Shown here: in pieces, positions 47,006 to 59,104 of the stretch | Layout: each line of letters begins with the position of its first letter | Position numbering within the stretch: the first letter of the stretch is position 1 | NCBI GenBank assembly: GCA_036172245.1 | Contig: JAYWIR010000001.1 | Span: forward strand, 5,208,001-5,272,000 | DNA: 64,000 nucleotides | Reading direction: 5' to 3' | From: Raillietiella orientalis | Lineage: Eukaryota | The notes under the pieces: model-generated | The model's database searches: none | Told to the model about the DNA's origin: nothing | Seen by the model: the letters and a program-made list of their open reading frames with translations, nothing else | Position numbers and translations under genes: made by a program

Positions 47006-48669
47006 CTCCTCCTCTTCCCGCTCTCCCGCCAGCGCCCGCTTCCTCTTCCTCCAGCCCGCTGTCTCACGAGGCGCATCCTCGTCTGCTCGTTTCCCAGCCT
47101 CCCGATAGGGCGACCTCCGAGAGAGCGAGAGGAGGAGGGGAGATCTCCATCCGGGATCGGCGGAGGCTGCGGCGACGGTGCCTACAGAGAGGGCAGCACC
47201 CGCGGCCGAGCATGCGCACGGAGCGGGCGAGGAGGGGGAGAGGCCGAGCCGAGAGAGAGCGCGCGCGCGCCCTCTGCCTTTTTTTGCGCCCCTGGAGAGC
47301 GATCGCGCCGCTCGGGTGACTTGCGGATTGTGGAGGGAAGGGGCCGTCGGGGTGGGAAGGGGAGGCGAGGGGGGGGGTGGCAGGGAACCCCGAGAAGTTC
47401 CGAGCCAGCCGCGGAAAACGCCACCGCGAGCAAGCGGGGAAGTCCCGCGCGCGGTTTTCGGTCCCCTGCGGCTGTTCGTACCTCTCGACTGGCCCCGCGC
47501 GCGCGAGATTGCGCGATTCGGGTGGTGGGTGGAGGCTCCGACGCTACCGGAGAGGGTCGAGGGGCAAGGGAAACCCGAGCGGAGGAGGTGCTCGCTCTCT
47601 GAGCACCATCGCGAGGTGGATACTCTTAGCCACGTTCCCGGAGCAGGGGGTGGGCGCTCCAAAGGAAGGCCGCATCCCATTTCCGCCGAAAAGGAGGGAG
47701 AAGGCACCGGGATCTCCCGAAAGGACGTTTTCGACCTTCCTCGCAAGTCCCGCCCTCGGCTGCCGGCGACACTGACGTGTTTCGGAAGCATCTTCTTGAC
47801 GATTCCGTACGAATCGTCTCGAAATCCTGGCTGCTCGTCTTCGGCATGCCAAAAAAAGAAAAACTGTGGGTATTTCCGTCATCTCTTACCCTTAATTTCA
47901 GAAAATTCTGTAGCAGTTAAAAAAAAGAAAAAAGTAAAATATAACATCTTCCACCGTCTCCTTTCCAGGAGACGCTTCACCGATTCGATCATTTCGGAAA
48001 TGCTTTCCAAGAACTAATTGTCTTCCCGCTTCCAAGTGAGTGCGATCCCAGGAAGAACAAAGAAGGGGAAAAAACAAAACGATCCAAGAATTTTTTTTTC
48101 TATCCTTCTGCGATGTCTTCGGATGCCACCTCGTTCACAGCATTTTCTCACTTTGTCGAGCTTTGGTGATCGGGGGGGGGAGCAACGCATGGAGGGAAAG
48201 GAAGGGAGGGGGGAAAAAAAGAAGGAAAAAAAGCGCAAAGGAAGTCCCGATAGGCCTACTCTCTCATTGTTGCTGCCGCCATGCTGGGATTTGCAGGTTT
48301 TGCACGTCGCAAAGCTGCAGTGGGTTCGTCTTTGATGCCGCGCGCGGTTCGCAGTCGATAAGTTCGATGGAGGAACGGCGGCAGAAGTGAAAGACAGGCA
48401 AGAGGAAGAAACAACAACAACAACAACAACAACCGACCCTGTCTTCCTTCTCGTAGGGTCACCGAATTGATCTCCCCGCAGCAGACTCAGCTGCGCAAAG
48501 GTAGGCGATTGAACTGGCTACCGGGGCAACGCGCAGCCGGGAAGCAGCAGGATTTGTCGATCGGGTATGACGAACGTTCAAAATGGAGGTTCAAATGGGC
48601 TGAGCTAGGCTCGCAGGTTCACGGGGGAAAAAAAACATGGGAAAGGAAATTTTCTTCCTTTCTTCCCTT

Positions 48670-48696
48670 TGTGTGCGTGCGTGTGTGCGTGCGTGT

Positions 48697-48728
<32 letters not shown>

Positions 48729-48736
48729 TTGTGTGT
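48670..48736. repeat. (TG)n imperfect microsatellite
   Basis: TG/TGCG run. Confidence 0.95.
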
Positions 48737-50434
48737 CGAGCGCGTTGGCGGACGCATACGTACGACGACGTTCCGATCTCCCACTCGTTACATGGATGTC
48801 ACGGAGTGACTGGCGAACGCCGCTCCAAAGTCGGCCAATGGAATCCTGTCGTTCCGGGGAGTAACGTGGGCAACCGACGGTTAGTAGCACGCAGGCCGCC
48901 GAGCGAATTCCTTTCGAGCGGAGACACCCCGAGCGCCGAAATGTGCCGCTCCTCCGCGCGCTTCGGTTTCGCCACATCCAGAAAAACACTTCACGCGGCA
49001 GGGTTTCGGATCACGGGAAAAAAAAAAAAATCCTAGCTCCAGGAACCATGATAATTTATTCAGGACTAAAGATTGCCGCGTACGGAGATGCCGAACAGGT
49101 CCGAGCTACGTAAGTTGGGGATTAAATCACTTTCTCTTTCCCTTTGCTATCGTAGAATTCACGGTAACAGTCGTCCCGAACTTTTTTCTTTTCTTCTTCT
49201 TCTTCTCTCTCTCCCCTTCTTTCCCCCACCTTTTTTTTTTTTTTTTCGTTTTTCGCAATCGAAATCTTTTCGCAGCAAATACGCCGCGACACGGCACGGT
49301 CGTCGCAAACGCTGTCATCTGGAACAACTGGTTCGACCCGACGTTGTGTCGATGAACGCAACCTCCAGAAGGTTCGCGGAAACTTGGGTTGCAATCTTCC
49401 AGCGCTCACCCTCGGAAACCTAATCCGATCGCGAGGATGCATGAACTCCGCAGAGGAGGAAGAGAAGGACAGCTAGCAGGAATGGCTTTTGCCGAGGTGC
49501 AGTTCCGAGATCTCGGCGGCGATTTGGACCTCGAGCTGAGGCTAGAAGACGAAAGGAAAGCCCTAGCTCCCGTCGCGTTCCCCAAGTTTATGCCATCCGC
49601 TTCTCCGTGGCTCAAGAGTGGCTCAGCCCGCCTGTCTGGAAAACTTCCAGATTAACCCCGCTGCACACACCGCTCCGCGAGCCCGAGTAGCGTTGCTACG
49701 CGACTCTTCCCAAATAACGCGAGAAACGCTGGGGCTCTTTCAGGGAACCCGCTCAACAGATCCACCGTGGATTCCATTTCCAAGAGGCAGCTAAGCAAAA
49801 GGAAATGCAATTTCTGCTGCAGTAATGCAGCCGAAGTCCTATGAGTTGGCCGTAATCGATAATTAATTGTCCTGGTTCTCCCTAAAAGAAGTAATGAGAG
49901 ATTAAATTATGAGGAAACCCATGTATCTGAATGTATTCCGAAGAGATTTTGCGTACAGCAGCAACCAGCCTTCCAGAGCGGGAGGAAGAACAGTTCCCTC
50001 TTAAGACTGTGTCTACACTGCATTTCTTGTTCGATTAGGAAGCAACAGCAGATATATATTTTGTTGTTGTTGCTGCTGCTGCTGCTTTCGTCTTTTACGA
50101 GGATGCGCAACACACACGAGCGTGTTGTGTGTTTCTCTTTCCTCTTGAAAAAGGCCAGTTTTTCTAGTCTTCATTCCTTTATAGGTAGGGGGGAAAAAAA
50201 AGAAGAAGAAAAAAACGCGTATCTGGCATTCTCCTTTTCAGAAGGCACGAGGGAAAAATGCGGTCTCCTCGAAAATCTGCAGCCGGAAAGAATTGTTGAG
50301 TGTGTTCCGCCGTACACATCATCGAAACACATCCTACACGTCCACTTTGAGAAAGGCGTTGAGATAAAAACTGAAAAATGAGCGGAACTTGCTGAAGATT
50401 CTCCAGATGTGATTTTTGAGAGTAACTGGCATCG

Positions 50435-50439
<5 letters not shown>

Positions 50440-50485
<46 letters not shown>
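50440..50485. repeat. Poly(A) tract (46 nt)
   Basis: Read directly. Confidence 0.95.
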
Positions 50486-50487
<2 letters not shown>

Positions 50488-53400
50488 AAAGAAAAAGAAA
50501 GAAACGGCAAATCAAAATTTGGAATTCCTTCTTTGCCCCCTCAAAGTGTGAACAATAAGAATGGCATTTCTGTAATCGAAAATGGATTTTTGGCGAATGT
50601 ATTTTCGTTTGCGCAGGAGTACATTGGGCATGTGCTTCATCTTCACTCATGTGGTGTATTTTGCCTGAAGCATTCGCATATTCGCATGGAAAATGTGAAA
50701 TTCAAGATAAAAAATCCAGGTGAATGGGTTCAATAAATAAAGCGATTTTTTTTTTTTTTTTTTATTAGGCTTGTAATAGCTTGATGGATGCAGCTGAAAA
50801 GTTCAGTTCGCACGCCCACAATGTACTTACAATGCACAAATTAAGCGTGTATGCATCCCCGTGCACTCGTTCCTTATACACACAATATTGCTACGAATAA
50901 ATGCATCAAAGTGTTTGGAAAGTTGAGGTACAATACGTGCACCATATGTGTATGTTTCATCATGCTCAGTAAGCGTATCCCTTCTCCTATATCCTCAGCG
51001 AGTGGATGATGCACACAGCTCCATGCTGGTAGTTTGCATCTCTGTTTGAAGCACCAGGGAAGAGCGAGCGCACTTTAAAAAAAAAAAAAATCCTCCGCCA
51101 GTTGCTGGTAAAATTTGCACGCATCTTAGAATCTCCAGTTGTTTGCCATTTCTGGTTCTCACAAGCAGCTGATTGTTTTTGCGCTCAAAGTGAGTTCTGA
51201 AAGAGAGTTGCGCCGCTCAACTGCCATGACCCATCCGCAAATTCAATTTGGAACTCATAATCTTAATTGTAATGAACTTGAAGACGAAGTTTGCATTCTT
51301 CGCCAACTAGGTGCTTGATTACCTCGAGAAAAATTCAATGAAAGAGAACCAGAGATTGGGTTGCTTGATAGGTGCTTTTCACCTTTCACACCGTACGCTT
51401 CTCAGCCCACGCCACATTCCCTCGAATTCGGCTAGCTCTGATTGCCTGCTGATCAAATCCATGGTCTTTCTTTCAAGTTATTTCGATTTCTTTCACAGTC
51501 TCGAACTTCAAGAATAAGAAAGAAAACCGTGATAGCATCGTACAAAAAATTTACTGATGATAATCGAGTTTAAGTGCATTCCAGAATCTTCTTGCTTTGT
51601 AAATAGTCACAGGAAAAGGTATCCTCGATTCACAGAGCATAAATTTGTATTCTTGCATTCTTTTGATTTGTTTTCCAGAATTGTGTAACAGTCATTTTGT
51701 GCTAATGAAAAGCTTGGGAGAGTATTCGTGTCTTTGTAGACTCGGTAATGCAGCCAAGTGACGAGAAGAAGAGTTTGTGAAAATTGTTGGTTTGTGAAAC
51801 TCTTTTGAAGATTTGCTGCGGTTTGTAAACAGTTCGGAGGACCGGCCCGAGGAGGAGTCATGTCACGGACACCACACGGTACGGGTAGCACAAAATTACT
51901 GCACCAGATCTTCGTGGACTTCACAATTCGGCATTTCCCCGCACGCTTGGTGTGCTCCAGTTCACAATGTGTCACAAGTTTATGAGTTCCAGATCCGCTT
52001 TGATATCTGGTATTCATTTACACGCATGATCGCCTAGCATAAATAGAGCAGCTTGAATAATTTTAGAGTTTCATCTCATGAATATCTAAATAATCTGCCT
52101 ATGATCTCCCTGCAGTGTTAAATAAAGTAGTTTCCTCGAGCCTAATCTTTGTTTCTCTTATGCTTTTCTTGAAAAAAACAAAAACAACAACAACAACAAC
52201 AATTCCGGTGGCATTTCGGAAGTTCTTAAATGATATCGCAAGAAATATCGTTCTTTCCTCACAGGTCTTGTGAAATCTGCAAAATAAAATTATGCGCCTT
52301 GAATACAGACAAACACTTCTGAAGAAAAATTAAGGAAAGTTAGCTCTGCACTAGCAAATTTATTAAGAAATAAATAGGAAGTTTCCTGTTTCCATTAAAT
52401 TAAGTCATATCTTCGTACCATGACTGTCACATCCTAGCTGGAAGAGCTTTAAAACTTTTTATTTCCTTGACAACGGTGATTAATCTCGAACCGTGAGATT
52501 TTTGTCAAGTTTTAAATAATGATAATGTTATCACAAGAATGCATACATTATGTAAAAATTACACGGAAACTTGAAAGATTTAGAAGAGAGATAACAATCA
52601 GCTCGTCCCTTATCAGCAAAGAGATGCACTTTGCGGATCAGTAATCTTTAATCCTTTAGGCGTGCAGAATAGAAAAATGCATTAGTTGAGAGTTTAATTC
52701 CCAAAACTGCGAGTAGCATCAAGCTTCTCTCGGTGTTTCGATGAAGGTTGTGTCAGTTTGCTTTACTAGCCTACTTTTGGCTGCGACTGTGGTGACGTGA
52801 ACATCGAAACCAATAAATACTGAGTCTTTCTTGAGAGTATGGAGGATGAAGTGTTGTTGATGCATCGATGGATCACTCGTTCCAGTAGCACTTGTTAAAA
52901 TCTTGGGTTGAACTCTCAGCTAACCAAAATGCTTCTGATGAATTGTTTTCGCAATTGTGGCGCGCGGTCTCCGTCAAACAGATAGCGTCTCAAACTATAA
53001 CTTCTCAAGGACCTAGCCGAAAGTCTTTGCACCAAAATCACATTCATGATCAGGACTCTTGGGAAGCAAAAGTCATGGTTTTTTTTTTTTTTTTTTCGCA
53101 CTCGAACGAATGAAATTCAACTATCAAGCGCTGCGAAATAAACGTCCAAGTCTCTTATATCTCCAAAGGTCGGAAACGGACCATTTGATGAAAGGAACGT
53201 ATCGGTGTGGTTATGATGCTTAAGTGAGAGAGTAAAAGACGTGATGAAATCAAGATTATCAAAACATCATCAATTAAATCGGCTCACGGGGAAGCATTTG
53301 AGTAAGATGGTGCACTTGCCTCTGTGAGGATCAAACCGTGAAACCTGCTTGAATGTGAGCCCGAAAGGAATTCAGAAAAGAAACAGTGGACCTTTGTAGA

Positions 53401-55611
53401 TTGCAACAGTTTGGGTTTCTCGTTTTGTTCCATAACGGTAGTAGCCCACAACGCGTGTATTTATCCCTCTCCGGTACACTTTACCTTATGGGAATGTGCG
53501 AATTAATTTTAAATCGTGACTTCAATCCTAGTCTGAATTTCAGCCCGTGTTTATTTTTTGCTGACATTGGGTAAACAGTGCATCAATATACCTGCTTTGC
53601 GGAACGTTTCCCACTACATATGAATACGTGTTTGTTGATACACTCTTTAAGCTGGCGCTGAGAAGTGCGAAAGTACGTTTTTTTTTTCTTCTTTAGCTAA
53701 AGTAATGGACATTTCGATTTTCCCCAAACTGCATGCACACAGGTGTGAGTACACTATCTGCTAACGAGTCCCGTAAGTATGCATCCATGCTTGCATGCGT
53801 ATGTGTACACCGAAGAAATCTTGCTTTTGTGAAGCTAGAAAGGTGCGAGTGAGGCGGCATTTTCACGTTCAAAAATACAAAACACAACCAGAAAAACGCG
53901 AAGAATTCATTTCACGTGAAGAAAAACACAGGATTTATCAATTCGTTTTAACTATGGCTCTTTACGTATTCGAACTGACCAATGAAGTATACCTTAAATG
54001 GCAAAGGCTTCTATTTATTTTGCGTCATTGGGAAACAGGAATTGAACGAAGTTTTTGTGCATCTGCAGAGGGTAAGAGTATTTTTGTTCCTCAGAAAAAA
54101 AAAAAGAATATTTCGTGCATTCTGACTATGACCACGTGCCATGAGCGGAAACCATGGGAACGAAGTTAAGTAAGGAGACATTTGAGATTTTCAATACGAA
54201 AAAAATATCAAGGGCAGAAAAGTCACCGACGTATCTGAGAGCAAACCAAATTTCGTTGGCCAAGTGAAAAAAAGAATTCTTCAAATTCATATGCGAGGAG
54301 GATGGGATTTTTGTGATCTGATACGACTTTAAGCTTTCGGAATTGGATGTAGATATCACGGAACATGGAATCTTTACATGGAACAGGCAGTCTTTAAGAA
54401 TCCTGACTGGTTGTCAGGCATTGCAAAGCGGTTGGACATCACCAGTCACGATAAAGGCAACGAGACAAGCAGGGAAGACAAGTAGCAAGCAATAATGGGG
54501 TGATGTACAAGCAAACTGTGCGAGGCAATGATGCACTCGAGAGGGATGTTCCGGCGAGGCGGAATGTTTCCCTTGCCATCAGCTGAAGACATCACCAAGC
54601 CAGGAGATTCCAATCCCTCTGGCTGTTCTCACAATTACATATCCGTCTAAAATTTCAATTTTCTTCTGGTTTCTGCACGTTACACTTGTGTTTGGTTACT
54701 TCACGGGGTTAACACCGTATCCTCTCCTTCCTTTTCGTGTTTTCTCCTCTCCCTACGTATGTAAATTCAATGTATCCCAGAAAGGAGGGACTGCGGAGAG
54801 AAAATCAAATCTGGCCGTACTGTGTAAGTTATTGCTAGCTTTACGTTTCCGTTTACAACCAAATAAAAGATTCGAATAAAAGTCAATCTGTTTCAAGAAA
54901 AAAAAAAAAAAAAAACTTCGTTTCATGAGTCGGCAATAAAATTTGGTTGCAATAATTTGGGTTTATTTTTTCCTGAAGAAAAAAAAAAAAAAAAAAGTCT
55001 CTATCCTGTGTCCTAACAAGATGGATCCCAAATAATTTGTCCTTTCAGAAAAGGCAAGAGGAATCGACCTGCTGGAACCCTTCCTGTGCAAATCCGGGTG
55101 GTGGTGGTGGCGGTGGTGGCGCGTGTGAGTCTGCTGCTGTTTCCCCCCTTTCTGTCTTCGTGGAGATGTGCAAGGGCAAACCCCTGAGAAAACTCCCAAT
55201 AATTTTTTTGTCCTTCCTTCCTTCCCAACAATCAGGAACCTATCGCTTTCGATGACGTACGTCGTTGATGATTTCGAAAAAAAAAAAAAAGAAAAAAAAA
55301 AAAAAAAAACGCGAGCAACCGTGTTTACAATAACAAATCGCGCGCTAATGATAGATAGCATATTTGACAAGGCGTTTAGTACCAGACTGATAAACAGCAG
55401 ATTAGTGGTTGCCCTAACTATAAATTCCTCTTGTAAAAAGTGAAAGAGCAGACATATTGATGAAGAGCCCAATAAAACTGACACATATTAACATATGAAG
55501 ATACTCCGTTTTGTTTGCAGTGCGGACGGAAATATGGCTTCTACTCGAAGGACAGAGAAGAGTTCGTGTCCATCGCTTTCATTGGCAGAAAGCGATTCAG
55601 GTAGGGAAGGG

Positions 55612-55643
<32 letters not shown>

Positions 55644-55806
55644 GGAGAGAGTGGATGTGGTAGGAGCCATGACTTATTTACTCGTTAAGGGGTTGGGTTA
55701 TGGCGTGCACGTAGTTGCGCAGTGGCGTATAGCGTTCCGTGATGAGATGTGCCCAAGGCAAGCCATACTGTCGGCCATTCATCTTGGAACTGCGAGCGGC
55801 GCTTCG

Positions 55807-55816
55807 TGATTGACAG
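55807..55816 (+). promoter_or_regulatory. Pbx/Exd-Meis/Hth composite binding decamer TGATTGACAG upstream of hth
   Basis: Exact match to the known PBX-MEIS/PREP consensus, ~550 bp upstream of the hth ATG. Function not shown. Confidence 0.5.
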
Positions 55817-56358
55817 TTGAGTCTGCGTGAGCTTGAGGTACGCACCCTCTCCGAAGGTTTTCCCCCCAAAAAGCAACGCTGAATGCTACTTCCTGACACA
55901 AGTTACCATCGCAACGCGAATTCTCCGATGCTAGTTCATGCCTCCGATCGTTGGAGTATCCTGGCTGTTGCAGCGAGCAAGTAACGCCAAAACATCGCAT
56001 TATTTGGAGGTGAGAATCCAGTGTTGAGTGTGTAATACCAGTGAATCCCCGAAGCTGCAAGTCGAGGGAAGTGCAGAAATCGAGTTCCTCCACAGTTTTC
56101 CCCCCCGTTTTTTTTTTTTTGTTTTTTTTTTTTTTTGATACGCAGAGCACGAATTGTGTCCCCAGTCCTCTCATGAGAGTGGTGAACACTCCGTTCATTG
56201 CATGCTGTGATACCAACTTTGAGAATACAGAAGACTATGGGCTGTTCCTTGCTGTGTTCCACAAGTGTGTGAAATGCGATAGCACGACACTTCCCGCAGC
56301 CTGTTATGAATGATTTTCTCCCCGCGTGCTCGAATTCGTAACATTTACAGAATCCACC

Positions 56359-56373
56359 ATGGCACAGCCAAGG
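56359..56373 (+). CDS. hth: homothorax/Meis TALE homeobox gene, coding exon 1 (MAQPR)
   Basis: CCACC-ATG-G Kozak context; ATG GCA CAG CCA AGG followed by donor GTGAGT at 56374. MAQPRYDD is the typical arthropod Hth N-terminus and joins exon 2 in phase 0. Confidence 0.9.
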
Positions 56374-56560
56374 GTGAGTTGTGTCGCATTTACTAGCATT
56401 TGATTGTTCACGTCTTGTAACTGTCGGTTCTTGACAAAGTTTGGTGTCTTTTTCGACGCAAGCGCTTGAATTAAATCCTTCCAACGACAGCAAAAAAAAA
56501 AAAAAAAGTTTTTGTTAAATATCGGATGGTGAAGTGAAGTTGATGTTTTGTATCACCCAG

Positions 56561-56790
56561 TACGACGATGGTCCCGGTCTGCATCATTATGGTGCCATGG
56601 ATGTAGCTTCGGGAATGTACGATCCCCACGCTGCACACAGGGCTATACAGCCTTTGACTCACTCGCCCCACATGAACCATGCTGGACATGCAATCCATCA
56701 GTATCACTCCAACCACGTTTCTCCGGTATCAAACCATGTGATGGGATCGATACCAGATGTGCACAAAAGGGACAAAGACGCCATTTACGG
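56561..56790 (+). CDS. hth: homothorax/Meis coding exon 2 (YDDGPGLHHYGAMD...GSIPDVHKRDKDAIYG)
   Basis: Acceptor ...TCACCCAG| at 56560 and donor GTAAGT at 56791. His-rich N-terminus ending in KRDKDAIYG, the start of the Hth-Meis (HM) domain. The exon is 230 nt and ends in phase 2 (GG|). Confidence 0.96.
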
Positions 56791-58965
56791 GTAAGTCTTT
56801 TGGAAGTTTTTGTGAAGATGCGAGCGATCCCGCGGTGTTCGTCCTACGTGCATGCACGCACCCTCTGAATTGGTTGCCAGTTTTCCTGCCGCCGCTAGGT
56901 GTTCTCAAAAAGTTAAGCACACACGGATCTTGAGCGGTAGTGAGCGAAAACCACGTGTGTTGTTGCTGCACGAAACTGTTTTGGAGCGCATATGGCAGCA
57001 TTTTAAATAATGGAGCTCCAGCAAGCGCCGCCAGAATTTTCCCGCAAAGCGTTGAATCCCACACTTTCGTATTTTAACGAAAAACATCTTTTCCTTCGAG
57101 GAGGAACTCCAAAAAGATGATGGAGGTTTCCTCTCCCTCTCTCTCGCTCTCTCTTTTCTTTTTTGTTTTGCTCGCAAGGAGTTTTTAGGAGGAGGAGGAG
57201 GAGGAGGAGGAGGAGGAAGAGGATGGCTTGCATGTTCTCTGAGTGTGTTTGGGAAGGGAGGGGGGGGGCGGGCGGGGAAAGAATTCATCTAGATGGACGT
57301 TTTCCGTTCTCAGATACGTGATGGATAATTTCTGAAGTTTCGTTATTCGAAATTCCACTTCGAATTTGCAGATCTGCATGATTGTGCATGCTGAAATTTG
57401 CCGCAGTTTTGAAAGCGCGGGTTGCGACAGGGGGAAAACAAAAAATAAAAAAGGGGGGGGGGGAGGAAAAAGAAAGAAAAAGAACGCGGGAATGATGGTT
57501 ACGGAAAATGGCGAGACGTACGTTTGGGTTTGGCAACACAATCGTACGATGCTGCTTCCGAGAGAGTTGTGCACGGTTGGATGTGCCGCCGCCGCTGCTC
57601 CACGCTGCCGAGAGAACCTGCGTCTGTTGCATAATCAGGAATATGTGGATGCAGGCAGGGAGATGATCCGTGTACCATTAAGGTGGAGATCACCAAAAAC
57701 CTCCAAGGATGCTCGCATCGAAATGACATTTGAAATATTCACAATGGGAAATGAAGAATGTGAGGCCTTGCATGTTCCACAAGGGGCAAGCCTGAAATTC
57801 TATTGTACGGTCTTTATAAAGCTGAAGTGACCTTGACCTTACTAAACCGAATTTCTTTGCAGCAAGACTAAATAAATCCCTCAGTCCAGGCGTTTACCCT
57901 TCTTAATGCTCTGTTGAGAGCAGTTCTGTATTTTTTTTTTTTTTTGCTTTTTTTTTTTTCCCGTCATATATGAAGAACGATTTGCCTTCCTTCCTTCCTC
58001 CTCCCTCCCCCCTCCCCCAAACCGCACGTCGGTGACGAAAACTCCGGTGGGAAGCTCCTGCTCCGTCGGAACAAAGGAGTTGAATTTGTGCGTGATTCTG
58101 ACGGATAGATCATGTGAAGTCTCCAGTTGGAAATAATTATGCAATGATGTTTGCTCAGATGGCATCGACCCTGCCTCGGAAAGAATCTTCGAATGCCTGA
58201 TAGGAAGTCGAAGAAACGTGTGTGCCATGTGCTGACAATTTAGTCCTGACATTTCTGCAATTGGATGGTAAACCCCTCCGATGCTGGTAACACGAAACGG
58301 ATACGTCGGCAAGAGCAAGATGGAGCGGGTGGCATCTGTCGATTTTGGTAGCCCGTCAATTGACTGGTGTGCATGCTGGAAGAGCTGCAGCGCTGTGCAG
58401 CCGCACGCCGGAGAGAATGCGGCATTTGCAGAGTGGCCAGGAACGATTCTTGTTCGGACAGCGCTCGGGCAACTGCGATCACATCAGCTGACGGTACTAA
58501 TCCTTAGTGAACACATTTTCGGCGTGATGAGAGAGCGACAAGGGAGAATAAAGAGAAATCCTCGCGATCACGCCCCCCGGGAAAACATTTGCTCTTTCTA
58601 TGTACTGAATCCGGCCGGTCATTTCTTGAATAAAGGCTCAGGTCGTCGTCTCCTGTCATGGTTATCTCCGCGGTAGATTTTCTGACGAGACGCATGTGAA
58701 GAGCAGCTTCCTTGGAAGAGACAAAGCGAACTTCCTCGTAAACATCGCTTCTGCCTAGCACACTTTCAACCTGGCCGTATGATCCACTTTCCTGGTTTCA
58801 GGATCCGATTCTTAATTCAAGAGCTGGAATTCGCCATTAATAACTATAGTTTGCTGGTTTAGATTCCGTGGGATTCGTAAAGTGTTCCAGTCATGCTTGC
58901 TCTTGGGCGCTGCGCATCATTTGTGGGAGATTCTTAATGAATGTTCATCTGTCATGTCTTTCCAG

Positions 58966-59104
58966 GCATCCTCTTTTCCCACTGCTCGCGCTAATTTTTG
59001 AGAAGTGCGAGTTGGCAACATGCACTCCCCGTGAACCCAACGTCACTGGAGATGTCTGTTCCTCGGAATCCTTTAATGAAGATATTGCCGTCTTCTCGAA
59101 GCAG
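58966..59104 (+). CDS. hth: homothorax/Meis coding exon 3 ([46 protein letters not shown])
   Basis: Acceptor ...TCTTTCCAG| at 58965; the first G completes the Gly codon from exon 2. Near-identical to the Meis/Hth HM1 sequence. Donor GTCAGA at 59105. Confidence 0.97.
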
